From: a virus
Reading direction: 5' to 3' (one strand)
DNA length: 32,871 bases
Virus record (IMG/VR): IMGVR_UViG_3300027509_000010
How positions within the stretch are numbered: position 1 is the first letter of the stretch; each line of letters opens with the position of its first letter. The notes under the pieces are model-generated. The model searched no databases. It was given only the letters and a program-made list of their open reading frames with translations, and was not told the DNA's origin. The position numbers were made by a program, and so were the translations under genes. Below are positions 6,049 to 14,650 of this stretch, one piece after another.

Positions 6049-7008
6049 TCACCCCGGCGCTAACGTCCCGCGCGCCTTGGCAAGGATTGACTCCGCCCGC
6101 TCCAGGTCCCCGCGACCCGAAGCAATGAACCGGCCAGCCAACGCCAGCGACTCCACCAGGTCAGCGTCGACAGAGACAGCAACAGGGACGACAGGGTCAG
6201 GCGCCTGGGCCGGTGGGGCGGCCGCCAGCAACCTCTCCGCCCGCCTGGTGTCGTCGCCATAGATGCCGTCCACCCAGAGCGCCCTCATCGGATATTTACC
6301 CAGGTCGATGAGACCAAGCTCGGGGCGAGCCAGGGCCGCCGCCCAGAGGTCCGCCTGGAGGTCCTTGACTTGCTGACCGACAGGGACGTCCGGGAGGTCG
6401 ATGGCGGCCTGGTCGAGGTCCGGCAGTTCGTGACCCAGGACGGCCCCGGCGAACACGGCCCAGGTCCGGTCCGTCATATCTGGGTCCGTATGGTCCTGCT
6501 CTGGAATCTGGCCGTGACCAAACCAGCCGCGGCCGTCGTCCCATTGCTGGTTGGTGGCCTTGCGGTAGGGCTTGGTCATGCGCCCCAGGGGGAACGCTGG
6601 GAGGACCCAGCCGGTGGCGGTGAGCCAGCGGAGCAGAGCGGCCAGGGCCACGAGTAGCTCGGTGGTGTGCTCGTGACCGGCGTGGCCCTCCAGCTCGATT
6701 TGGATGGCGCCGTCCGTGTTGGTCTCCACCCCGCCGCGACGATTACGTAGCGCCCGCGAGTAGTGGTCCAGGCGGTAGTGCTGGTGGACGGCCCCGGTGG
6801 CGAGGACGGTGAAATGAGGGATTCCTCCGCTCTGGGGGTACCAGTTGAGAACTCCGCCGCTGGCCTGGTTGAAATCGTTGAGCGAGGAGGGGCCGCCCTG
6901 GGTGGTGTGGGCGACGCCCTTGCGGTTCTCGGGGTCACGGAACGCGGCCGTGGGCCACTCTTCATAGGCGGTCCAGATGGCGTCCGGGTAGATGACTTGG
7001 CGCTCCAT
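6049..7008 (-). CDS. Endolysin: N-acetylmuramoyl-L-alanine amidase (Amidase_2/PGRP-like) with a C-terminal peptidoglycan-binding domain
   Basis: The N-terminal part has amidase_2-like motifs (VAHTTQG, IPHFTV, NTDGAIQIELEGHAGH, GHGQIPEQDHTDP). The C-terminal part, VKDLQADLWAA...LWVDGIYGDDTRRAERLL, resembles PG_binding_1. The gene lies directly downstream of a holin-like gene. Confidence 0.85.
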   Translation of the reverse strand: MERQVIYPDAIWTAYEEWPTAAFRDPENRKGVAHTTQGGPSSLNDFNQASGGVLNWYPQSGGIPHFTVLATGAVHQHYRLDHYSRALRNRRGGVETNTDGAIQIELEGHAGHEHTTELLVALAALLRWLTATGWVLPAFPLGRMTKPYRKATNQQWDDGRGWFGHGQIPEQDHTDPDMTDRTWAVFAGAVLGHELPDLDQAAIDLPDVPVGQQVKDLQADLWAAALARPELGLIDLGKYPMRALWVDGIYGDDTRRAERLLAAAPPAQAPDPVVPVAVSVDADLVESLALAGRFIASGRGDLERAESILAKARGTLAPG

Positions 7009-7322
7009 CAGACGTCCTTATAGACGGCGGTGTTGATGGCGTCGGTCATCCGGTCACGGACGGCCTGGACCCTGTCCGGTGCTGCGGTGTTCTTCCAGAC
7101 GAGGAGGTAGGTGGCGCCCTGGACCAGCATGATGCGGACGAAACACTCGATGGCGGACGACCAGGTGGCACCTATGGCCATGAGGGCCTCGGCGGCCGTC
7201 AGAGCCACGGAGGCACCCATGGCCACGAGCCAGCGCTGGGACTTGTCGCGGGCGATAGCGGCGAGGATGGGAATGAGGGGGGCGAGTGTGGCCGCCCACC
7301 AGGAAAGCTCGAAGATGGTCAT
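7008..7322 (-). CDS. Holin-like membrane protein, 104 aa, about 3 TM segments
   Basis: The internal ATG (MTIFELSWW...) is preceded by AAAGGGA. There are three hydrophobic segments. The stop overlaps the endolysin ATG by 1 nt. Confidence 0.65.
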   Translation of the reverse strand: MTIFELSWWAATLAPLIPILAAIARDKSQRWLVAMGASVALTAAEALMAIGATWSSAIECFVRIMLVQGATYLLVWKNTAAPDRVQAVRDRMTDAINTAVYKDV

Positions 7323-7403
7323 GGGGTAGGTCCCTTTCATTGTTGAGGCCACCCACACTACTGACCGGCGAGCCCTCCAGGCGGACGCCACCCACCTCGA
7401 GGT

Positions 7404-9635
7404 CTAGAAAGTGACAGTCCCCGCCTCCGTCAGACCAGTCCCTCCAGAGGCGGCCACGGCCGTCCCCGTGGTTCGCGCCGTGACGTTGTCGATCCGCTTG
7501 AGTGCGGTGGCGGCGAGGACGAGGAGCTGGGTCTCGTGGCAGTCAATGAGGAGGTCGGAGGAAATAACCTCGTCGGTCGCTCCCAGTTTGACGGCCCTGT
7601 TGACGGTGCCGGTGGTGACCTCGTCGCGGAAGGTGCAACCGCGGGCGACGGTCTGCCGGTTACTGGAGGTCTCCAGCAACACCAGGAGGGTGCCGGTGGT
7701 GTTGTGCACGTACAACCCGACGAACTCGGCCAGGCCGTCGTGGAACGCGTAGATGACCCTGGAGGAGGTGTTGGGGTTGCTCGTGACGAACGTGTCGCCC
7801 ACACTCTTCCAGTAGGCCAGCGGGGCTCCGTCAATGCGGGCCATGTACTGGATGGCCTCGGTGCCAGTGTCCTCGAAACGATTGTTGCGGGTCTCCAGGC
7901 TGGTCGCTGCTGGGGTGGCGCTGGGTCCGTCCCCGATGAACAAGGCCGGACCGGAGAAGGCGCCCACCCACTCGACTGACTCCACGCGGATGGAGCCCTG
8001 GAAATACCCGACGGTGTTAGATGCGATGAGCCCCTGGGAGGCGACTGGGCTAGAGCCCTTGACGTCCACCACCTTGAGGTCGCCGGTCATGAACGAGGTG
8101 GTGTTCCGGCCTCGGACGATGCTGATGGGTTCGGTGACGGCGTCCGCTACGACCCCGGAGATGGAGACGCTATGGCCTCGCTGGAACTCCACGACGGCCC
8201 CATCGTTGTCGGCCTGCCCGAACTTGGAGCCCAGGCGGGCGCCGTCGAGGAGGAGGGACCCACTGTTCATGGCGACGACGGAGTAGGCGCCGTCCACGGT
8301 GACGTTCTCGACGTTGACCTGGTCCGTGGTCACTCCGCTGGACCCAGCATTGACAGCAAGGGCGCCAGAGGTCGAGGAGTCGAAGTGGAAACCCACGACA
8401 CTGTTGATGTCCCCCTGGGCCACCACTCCGTTCTCGAATGCGCCCAGGACCTTGTCGTCGGTGCTCCGGTAACTGGAGCCCAGTTGGTAGCGGAAACCAG
8501 TGAGGACAGAGGTCTGGCCCTCGGCCTTGAGGTCGTCCACCCAGATGAGGTTGCCGATAGTTCGACCCACGATGCTCTGGAGTTTCGCTGCGCTCTTGAG
8601 GACGTTGCGGAACAGGGAGTCCCGGATGGTGACCTGGGTGCGGTCGAGGGCCGCCTGGTTGGCGGTGGTTCGCGCAGCGTCGCCAGCGTCCTCATAGAAG
8701 AAAACGCGCACCCCGTCAGAGTCTGGGAACAGGAGGCCGCCCCCGTTCCGCTTGGTCCAGATGTCAGAGAAAAGACAAGCGTCGAATAGATGGGAGACCG
8801 GCGCCAGGTCGTCGGCCCCGTCCGAGTTGTTGGAAATCCAGGCGCCTCCGCAGAAACCTCCAATACCTCCGGTGTCGGTGACGGTGGTGATGTTGGACCA
8901 GGAGCATCCGCGGTGCTCGGTGTGGGCTCCCAGGTAGTAGGCGGAGCCGTATTGCTTGTGGTTCTCGGCCCCGTTGACGCTCCTGTAGTGGACGTCCGTT
9001 TCGTTGACCTGGGCGCCGTAGTCAATCATCCCCGTCTCCGCCCCGTCGATGAACGAGTGGCCACCTCCGTCGAATGTGACGCCGGAGATTTCGACGTCTC
9101 CCTGGAACTCGATGGCTGGACCGGCGTGGCCTCCGGTGGCCGTCAAGATGGGGTTGCCTATCCCCTCGACTTTGATGGTGTCGGGGACCTCGATGCCTGG
9201 GGCGTAGCTGGCGTCCTGGTCCACGACGAGCCAGGCCACGTCCGATGTCAGAGCGGCGACCAGGTCCCCTCCGAAGTCTCGGGACAGGAACCGGACCGGA
9301 GAGGCGTCTTGGTGCCAGTCGCTCCCGTCGTAGGTCAGGTCCACCCTCTGACCTCCGGTGTAGTCGCGGAGGGTGCCGTTGATGCTGACCGACATCGAGC
9401 CGCCTGTTGCGACAGTCAGGCGGACCATGTCTCCGGGGTCGGCCGTTGCCGGGAGGGTGACGGTTCCGGTGGCCACGTAGGAGCCGCCGACCTTGGCCGT
9501 CTCCCCGTCTGCCAGGGCGCCCAGGGGGCGGAGCATCACCTCCTGGTTGTCGCGGACTTGGCGCCCCCATAGAGATATGGGGAAATTGACGGCGGCGGTC
9601 GGGATTTGGTGAGTGGCGAGGTCCACGTAGGTCAT
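7404..9635 (-). CDS. Tailspike / receptor-binding protein with a right-handed beta-helix (pectate-lyase-like) domain, 743 aa
   Basis: The start MTYVDLATHQIP is preceded by AAGGAA. Gly/Asn/Val-rich rungs recur (e.g. VNVENVTVDGAYSVVAMNSGSLLLDGARLG, VEISGVTFDGGGHSF). It is the last structural gene before the lysis genes. Confidence 0.75.
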   Translation of the reverse strand: MTYVDLATHQIPTAAVNFPISLWGRQVRDNQEVMLRPLGALADGETAKVGGSYVATGTVTLPATADPGDMVRLTVATGGSMSVSINGTLRDYTGGQRVDLTYDGSDWHQDASPVRFLSRDFGGDLVAALTSDVAWLVVDQDASYAPGIEVPDTIKVEGIGNPILTATGGHAGPAIEFQGDVEISGVTFDGGGHSFIDGAETGMIDYGAQVNETDVHYRSVNGAENHKQYGSAYYLGAHTEHRGCSWSNITTVTDTGGIGGFCGGAWISNNSDGADDLAPVSHLFDACLFSDIWTKRNGGGLLFPDSDGVRVFFYEDAGDAARTTANQAALDRTQVTIRDSLFRNVLKSAAKLQSIVGRTIGNLIWVDDLKAEGQTSVLTGFRYQLGSSYRSTDDKVLGAFENGVVAQGDINSVVGFHFDSSTSGALAVNAGSSGVTTDQVNVENVTVDGAYSVVAMNSGSLLLDGARLGSKFGQADNDGAVVEFQRGHSVSISGVVADAVTEPISIVRGRNTTSFMTGDLKVVDVKGSSPVASQGLIASNTVGYFQGSIRVESVEWVGAFSGPALFIGDGPSATPAATSLETRNNRFEDTGTEAIQYMARIDGAPLAYWKSVGDTFVTSNPNTSSRVIYAFHDGLAEFVGLYVHNTTGTLLVLLETSSNRQTVARGCTFRDEVTTGTVNRAVKLGATDEVISSDLLIDCHETQLLVLAATALKRIDNVTARTTGTAVAASGGTGLTEAGTVTF

Positions 9636-9648
9636 CGGCTTGGGTTCC

Positions 9649-9677
9649 TTGTTGGGTGGGTGTCCGCCCAATAGTAC
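9649..9677 (+). promoter_or_regulatory. Possible weak promoter for the HNH gene
   Basis: TTGTTG (9649-9654), a 17-nt spacer, then TAGTAC (9672-9677), 24 nt before the ATG at 9702. Confidence 0.25.
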
Positions 9678-9701
9678 GGCCCCGCCCCTACTGTCGAGGT
9701 C

Positions 9702-9962
9702 ATGTCCAGAGGAGGCCGCCCCTGGAGGCGCAAGTGTGAGCGAGTCAGACGGGAGGAGTCCCATTGCTGGCTATGCCATCGGGAGATAGACAAGTCCCTG
9801 GAGTACCCGGACCCTGGCTACTTCTCCGTGGACCACGTTGTCCCGGTCAGCAAGGGCGGAGGCGACGAGAGGTCCAACCTCCGCGCGGCCCACCTCGAAT
9901 GCAACCAGTCGCGGGGCAATAGTGACCCAGAGCGGACACGGCCTCAATCTCGGGAATGGTGA
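9702..9962 (+). CDS. HNH endonuclease, 86 aa
   Basis: Motifs are CWLCH...DHVVPVSKGGGDERSNLRAAHLECNQSRG, i.e. a zinc knuckle plus the H-N-H core. Confidence 0.88.
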   Translation: MSRGGRPWRRKCERVRREESHCWLCHREIDKSLEYPDPGYFSVDHVVPVSKGGGDERSNLRAAHLECNQSRGNSDPERTRPQSREW

Positions 9963-9966
9963 GATT

Positions 9967-10027
9967 TCCCACGGAGCGTGGCGTTTTGGCTCTGCCGGCG
10001 GAGCATTTCGCCCACTCTCCGTGGGGA
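9967..10027. repeat. Imperfect inverted repeat between the convergent HNH and tail genes (possible terminator)
   Basis: tcccacggagcgtggcg (9967-9983) pairs with cgcccactctccgtgggga (10009-10027). This gives about 16 bp with 2 bulges and 1 mismatch and a 25-nt loop. There is no clear U tract. Confidence 0.3.
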
Positions 10028-10041
10028 TTTCGAGCTCAATT

Positions 10042-11142
10042 TTAGGCCGGTTCTACGGTCACCAGCGGGGTGTCCACCAGGCCGTTGACGCCAGCGGTGG
10101 ACTTGCGGCCCAGGGTGACGACGGTGTCCTGGCGCTCCGCCGTGATGGTGGTGGTGGAGTCGGCGACGGCCAGGCGGAGGGTCTCCTCGCCCAGGCGGAC
10201 GTCAACAGACTGTCCGACTCTGGGGATGGACCGGAACCTGGACAGCTCGAAAGTGACGGCCAGGGAGCGGCCGCCAGTGAGGACAGCGGCCTGGGCTAGA
10301 TCGGTGAGAGTTGCGCCGTCTGCCCCTGCTTGCTGGCTAAGTGCCTCGACGCGGCGCCATGGGTCCCCTCCGCTCGCGTCGAACACGGCGGAGGCCCTGT
10401 CCGCTCCGTCCCCTTGGCCCAGGTAGTAGACCGCGGAGGCTGTTGCTGGGACCACGTCGGCGTCGATGGCGGAGGCGGTCCCGGCCTCGATTGAGACGGG
10501 GAGGTCGAGGTGGTCGAGGGGTTGGACGGAGAACTCCAGGGAGCCCTCTGACCATCGTGTCTCCATGCGGTAGTCGCTGGTCCCGATGGCGGCGGCCGCC
10601 ACGTCTCCCACGAAGGTGTAGCGGGCGGAGATGGATGCCTGGGGACCCAGGCCGGTGTCCGTGATTGTCCAGCCGGGGAACGCTCGGCCTGGTCCGGCGT
10701 CTGGCCCCATGTTCGCGGCGATGAGGGCGGCGACAGCGGAGCCGACAGGGCCGGTGGCCTCGAACCTGTCGGAGTGTTCAGGTGGGAGGGCGAGACGATG
10801 CCAGAGGGTGGCGGTGTCGTCTGGGCCGGTGGCGGCGATGGTTGCCTGGGCGCGCTGCCGTCCGGCCGCTTCGTAGCTGTAGCGGAGGCGGGCGCCGTCG
10901 TTGCCCACTCCGATGGGGCCGGAGAATAGTTGCTCGTCGGTCTCTGGGTCGAGGACCACGATGCCGTCGCCTGGCTGGGAGAGGGCGGACGCTCCTGGGT
11001 GGTTCTCTGGGTAGGTCAGGACCCAGCCGCCGCGGCCGTTGAGGGCTTCGCGGTAGATGAGGGAGACGTAGCCGGTGGTGAGGTCGGCGGTGGATTCCAT
11101 CGAGCCGTTCCTGGCCAGGACCTTTAGGAGCATGTCAGCCAC
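10042..11142 (-). CDS. Minor tail protein (Tal-like / baseplate hub N-terminal-type), 366 aa
   Basis: The position after the Dit-like gene fits the conserved Dit-Tal order of siphoviruses. It starts at GTG 11142, or alternatively at ATG 11133. Confidence 0.65.
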   Translation of the reverse strand: MADMLLKVLARNGSMESTADLTTGYVSLIYREALNGRGGWVLTYPENHPGASALSQPGDGIVVLDPETDEQLFSGPIGVGNDGARLRYSYEAAGRQRAQATIAATGPDDTATLWHRLALPPEHSDRFEATGPVGSAVAALIAANMGPDAGPGRAFPGWTITDTGLGPQASISARYTFVGDVAAAAIGTSDYRMETRWSEGSLEFSVQPLDHLDLPVSIEAGTASAIDADVVPATASAVYYLGQGDGADRASAVFDASGGDPWRRVEALSQQAGADGATLTDLAQAAVLTGGRSLAVTFELSRFRSIPRVGQSVDVRLGEETLRLAVADSTTTITAERQDTVVTLGRKSTAGVNGLVDTPLVTVEPA

Positions 11143-12050
11143 TTGTCATACCAGCGGACGGATGCGGACGGCGGGTTGTTGTTGCCTTCCAGGCCGATGA
11201 TGTAGGGGGTGGCGGTTGAGGGCGGGAACGACCAGAAGGTGGACCGGACGTCGATGTCGCTGTATCTGTTGGCGCCGTTGACGGTGACGGAGCGGCGAGC
11301 GGGGTCGGTCACGATCTCCAGGGTTTCGCCGTCGAGGACGTCGCCGTTGAACCATAGGAGGAGGTCTCCCAGGCGGGCGGCGAATGAGGTGAATGGGCCG
11401 TCCACCTCCCAGGTTGGCCATGATTCCACGGCGCCGTATTCGCCGATGAGTCCAGAGTCGAAAGACTCGGCGTAGACAGGCCCCCACATTGCGCCGTCGT
11501 CCCAGAGTGCTGTTGGTTCATCCCAGAGCGGGGTCACGTCGCCGGAGAAGTCGAGGACGTCGGAGCGTTCCGGGCTCCTCCAGTAGGGGTCCTCTGCCCG
11601 AAATGCCAGGATGACCTTGGCGGAGCGCATCTCACAATGGAGGATGGAGAGGCCGGTCTGGCCTCCGATGAGGACGGCGTCTATGTGTCGGTCGTTGAGG
11701 GTGCCGTAGGGGCTGGTGTAGGTAAAGGTGACGGGGTCGTCTTGGAGGACGGGGTCCACTCCGTCCATGAGGCGGGCGATGACCTGGTCCACGGTTTGGG
11801 TGTCGTCTGTTCGGATGGTGAGGGGGAGGATGATGTCGCGGGCGCCGTGGGTGACGGTGGTGATCTGGGAGCCGGGGAGCCCCACGAGGGGGCGCTCCCG
11901 GAACCTCGACGGAGGGCCGCCCCAGAGGGCCGGGTTGGAGCCCAGGCGTAGCTCTGCGTTGGTGTCGCCGAATGCTCCGGTGGCGCTTTCTCCGTAGATG
12001 AGGGGGACGGTGAAGTCTCCGCGGCTCATGACTAGCTGGCGGGGTCCCAT
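11124..12050 (-). CDS. Distal tail protein (Dit-like), 308 aa
   Basis: It lies immediately downstream of the tape measure gene, with a 1-nt start/stop overlap. Size and position are typical of siphovirus Dit. Confidence 0.7.
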   Translation of the reverse strand: MGPRQLVMSRGDFTVPLIYGESATGAFGDTNAELRLGSNPALWGGPPSRFRERPLVGLPGSQITTVTHGARDIILPLTIRTDDTQTVDQVIARLMDGVDPVLQDDPVTFTYTSPYGTLNDRHIDAVLIGGQTGLSILHCEMRSAKVILAFRAEDPYWRSPERSDVLDFSGDVTPLWDEPTALWDDGAMWGPVYAESFDSGLIGEYGAVESWPTWEVDGPFTSFAARLGDLLLWFNGDVLDGETLEIVTDPARRSVTVNGANRYSDIDVRSTFWSFPPSTATPYIIGLEGNNNPPSASVRWYDKWLTCS

Positions 12051-14638
12051 TACTGTCCTCTCAATGCTTGGGCCAGGCGTAGCTCGTCGTCAATTGAGCG
12101 GCCGTCCTGGACGATTAGGTTACCGATGAGTGGTCCCGTTGGCTGGGAGCTGCCCCCGTTGGTTTCCAGGGCGGCGAGCTGGTCGCCGGTGAGGACGAAC
12201 TCTCCGGCCTCCAGGAGGTTGATGGATTCGTTGGGTGCGATTCCCAGGGCACGGGTGGTGCTCCGCCGTATGCGGCCGACTGGGCCGCCGTCGTGGAACA
12301 GTCCGCCGATGTCCACGCCGTCGGCGTTGAATATGACAGGAGGGGCGACCTCTGGGGCGTCGCCTCCGCCGCCTCCTGGGAGGTCCACGAATGGGATGCC
12401 TGGGCCGAAATCTCGGATGCCGCCCAGGATGTCGGTGACCTTGTCGTAGATGGACTGGAGTGGGGCCACGACGGCGTCGAGCAAGAACTGGCCGATGCCC
12501 TCCAGGCCAGCCTTGAGGCCGTCCTTGAGCTTGGTGAACAGGTCGCGGCCAGCGTTATAGAACGTCGTGGCCAGGCCGACTATCCAGTCCTTGATGCCGT
12601 TGAATCCCTTGATGACAGCGGAGCGGGCCAGGTTGATGCCGTAGGTGACGCCCGCCTTGGCGCGGTCGAACACGGCCAGGGCGGCGTCGTAGAAATCCTG
12701 GGCGGTGTTTCGTATCCAGGACTTGATGCCGTTCCAGGCGGCGACGATGACGCCACGGACGGCGGACAAGGCTGATGATGCGGCGCCCTTGATGGACTCC
12801 CAGGCAGCGTCTATCGCTCCCTTGATTCCATTCCAGCCAGCGGATGCCCCGGCCTTGATGCCAGCCCAGGCGGCGGAGAGGACGCCCTTGATGATGGCGA
12901 TGGCCGCGGAGACGGTGCCCTTGATGGCCTCCCAGGCGCCGGAGACGGTTTGCTTGATGGCCTCCCAGGCCGCTGACCAGTCGCCCTTGAGTACGGACGT
13001 GAATGTTCGGATGATTCCCTGGATGACATCGAGGACTCCGCTGATGACTTGCCGTATGCCGTTCCAGACGTCGGTGGCGACCTTGGTGATGTCCTCGCCC
13101 CACTTGTCCCAGATGGTAGAGATGACGGCGACGGTTGTTTCGATGATGGCCTTGACGGCCTGGATGGCGCGCTTGACGGCGATCTCAATGGCATCCCAGA
13201 CGTCCTCTATGATCTCCTGGATTTGCGGCCAGTAGACCTTGAACTCGTCCACCAGGGCGGACACGACACGGAGGACCACGTCAATGACGTCCTCGATTGT
13301 CTCCTGGACTCGGGGCCAGTATCGCCGGACCTGGGTGACAACATCCTCGCTGACCTCCACGATGCGCTCGATGGCCTCGACGGCGAACTCCATGGCCACC
13401 TCGATGGCCTCCTGGATTTGCGGCCAGTACTTCTTGAACTCCTTGGTGAGCTTCTTGACGAAATTGGTGATGCGCTTGACGACACGGCCGACGACCTTCT
13501 GGATGTCTGGCCACTTCTCCAGGAACTGGTCCACGAGGTCCTCGACCACGGGGAGGACCTTGTCTCCGATGAACTCGGCGAGGCGCTGGAACCCCTTGCG
13601 GCGGATGCTTGAGAGCTTGGACTGGAGTGTGTCGCCCATGGCCTCGGCGGTGGCGAGCGCCTGGCCCTCCACCACGGTGAGGCCCTCTCCGGCGCCTTGC
13701 ATGGCCTCCAGGAATGCGGGGATTTCGGAGGTGCCCAGGTCCTCCAGGGGCGTGCCGAACAGGGCGATGGCGGCGTTGGCCTGCTCCACTGGGTCCTCGA
13801 TGCCCTGGAGGCCCCGGATGATTCCGAACGTTGCGTCCCTGGCGGCGTCTCCGCCCTCCAGGAGTAGCTCGGCGTAGAGGTCGGCGTCCTTGCCCATGGC
13901 CTCGAATGCCTCGCGGCTGGAGGCGCTGGCGTCGGTGCCTCGGATGGTTAGCTCCTTGATGGCGTCGCCGAACTTGTCGATGCCGAACACGCCGGACTCG
14001 GCGAAGCCCGTGAGCCGAGAGAATGTCTCCTCCCCGTTGAACCCCAGGTCCGCGAAGAAATCGCCGTATTCGTTGCTGGCCGCAAATAGCTCCTCCCGGA
14101 TGGTCGCTGGCATCGCACCCAGGCCAGCGTCGAACAGGTCGAACGCCTCGTCCGCGCTATCGACCAGGCCAGCGGAGACGGCCTCACTGGCCGCGTTGAT
14201 GGCCTCGGTGACGTCCACGTCGTACTTGTCGGCCAGGGCGAGCGCCTGAATTCCGGCGTTCTCGAGGTCGTCGCCGACAGTCTCGCCCAGCTTGCTGCCC
14301 TGGATGTCGGCGAGGACCTGGGCGACCTCCTCGACGGAGCCGCCCCAGTTGTTGGAGTAGACGGCGGCGGCGTCCTCTATGAACTCCTTGGCCGCCCCGC
14401 TACCCAGTCCCAGTTGCTCGCCGAACTTGGCGGCGAGACCCTGCTGGTCCATGGCCTCTATGAATCCGGCCGTGACGCTTGCGGCGACAGCGACGCCAGC
14501 GGCGGCGGCGCCACCCTTGAGGATGGAACCGGCGCCACTGGCGAAGTCGGAGAGGATACCAGACGACTCTCGGACGCCCGCCTTGAGGCCGGAATTGTCG
14601 GCCAGAATCTTGGCGGTGATTGTCGTCTTGCGAGCCAT
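12050..14638 (-). CDS. Tape measure protein, 862 aa
   Basis: It is the largest gene and follows the G/GT chaperone pair. It is Ala/Gly/Ile-rich and helical, with periodic Trp repeats: xWPxIQ four times at aa 376-475, and AxWxxIKG at about 11-aa periodicity over aa 545-645. Confidence 0.92.
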   Translation of the reverse strand: MARKTTITAKILADNSGLKAGVRESSGILSDFASGAGSILKGGAAAAGVAVAASVTAGFIEAMDQQGLAAKFGEQLGLGSGAAKEFIEDAAAVYSNNWGGSVEEVAQVLADIQGSKLGETVGDDLENAGIQALALADKYDVDVTEAINAASEAVSAGLVDSADEAFDLFDAGLGAMPATIREELFAASNEYGDFFADLGFNGEETFSRLTGFAESGVFGIDKFGDAIKELTIRGTDASASSREAFEAMGKDADLYAELLLEGGDAARDATFGIIRGLQGIEDPVEQANAAIALFGTPLEDLGTSEIPAFLEAMQGAGEGLTVVEGQALATAEAMGDTLQSKLSSIRRKGFQRLAEFIGDKVLPVVEDLVDQFLEKWPDIQKVVGRVVKRITNFVKKLTKEFKKYWPQIQEAIEVAMEFAVEAIERIVEVSEDVVTQVRRYWPRVQETIEDVIDVVLRVVSALVDEFKVYWPQIQEIIEDVWDAIEIAVKRAIQAVKAIIETTVAVISTIWDKWGEDITKVATDVWNGIRQVISGVLDVIQGIIRTFTSVLKGDWSAAWEAIKQTVSGAWEAIKGTVSAAIAIIKGVLSAAWAGIKAGASAGWNGIKGAIDAAWESIKGAASSALSAVRGVIVAAWNGIKSWIRNTAQDFYDAALAVFDRAKAGVTYGINLARSAVIKGFNGIKDWIVGLATTFYNAGRDLFTKLKDGLKAGLEGIGQFLLDAVVAPLQSIYDKVTDILGGIRDFGPGIPFVDLPGGGGGDAPEVAPPVIFNADGVDIGGLFHDGGPVGRIRRSTTRALGIAPNESINLLEAGEFVLTGDQLAALETNGGSSQPTGPLIGNLIVQDGRSIDDELRLAQALRGQ

Positions 14639-14650
14639 GGGGCTCCCTTC

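Noticed and set aside
5870-6262. Plus-strand ORF of 130 aa spanning the lysis terminator
   Set aside because: It runs through the terminator hairpin and then antisense into the endolysin gene. The product is low-complexity and Arg/Pro-rich.
8790-9572. Long antisense ORFs opposite well-supported minus-strand genes (for example 8790..9572, 12705..13235, 13239..13877, 15298..15975, 17436..18128, 27289..27921, 31024..31743)
   Set aside because: Their Gly/Val/Asp/Arg/Pro-rich composition is typical of the non-coding frames of high-GC genes. Each lies entirely within a gene that has recognisable motifs or a conserved syntenic position.
9636-9764. 43-codon N-terminal extension of the tailspike ORF, overlapping the HNH gene start
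   Set aside because: The internal ATG at 9635 has an AAGGAA ribosome-binding site. The extension would overlap the divergent HNH gene and its putative promoter.
12704-13531. Periodic Trp-containing repeats in the 862-aa protein (xWPxIQ four times; AxWxxIKG at about 11-aa periodicity)
   Set aside because: Such periodic aromatic repeats are a normal property of tape measure proteins and are not a separate feature.
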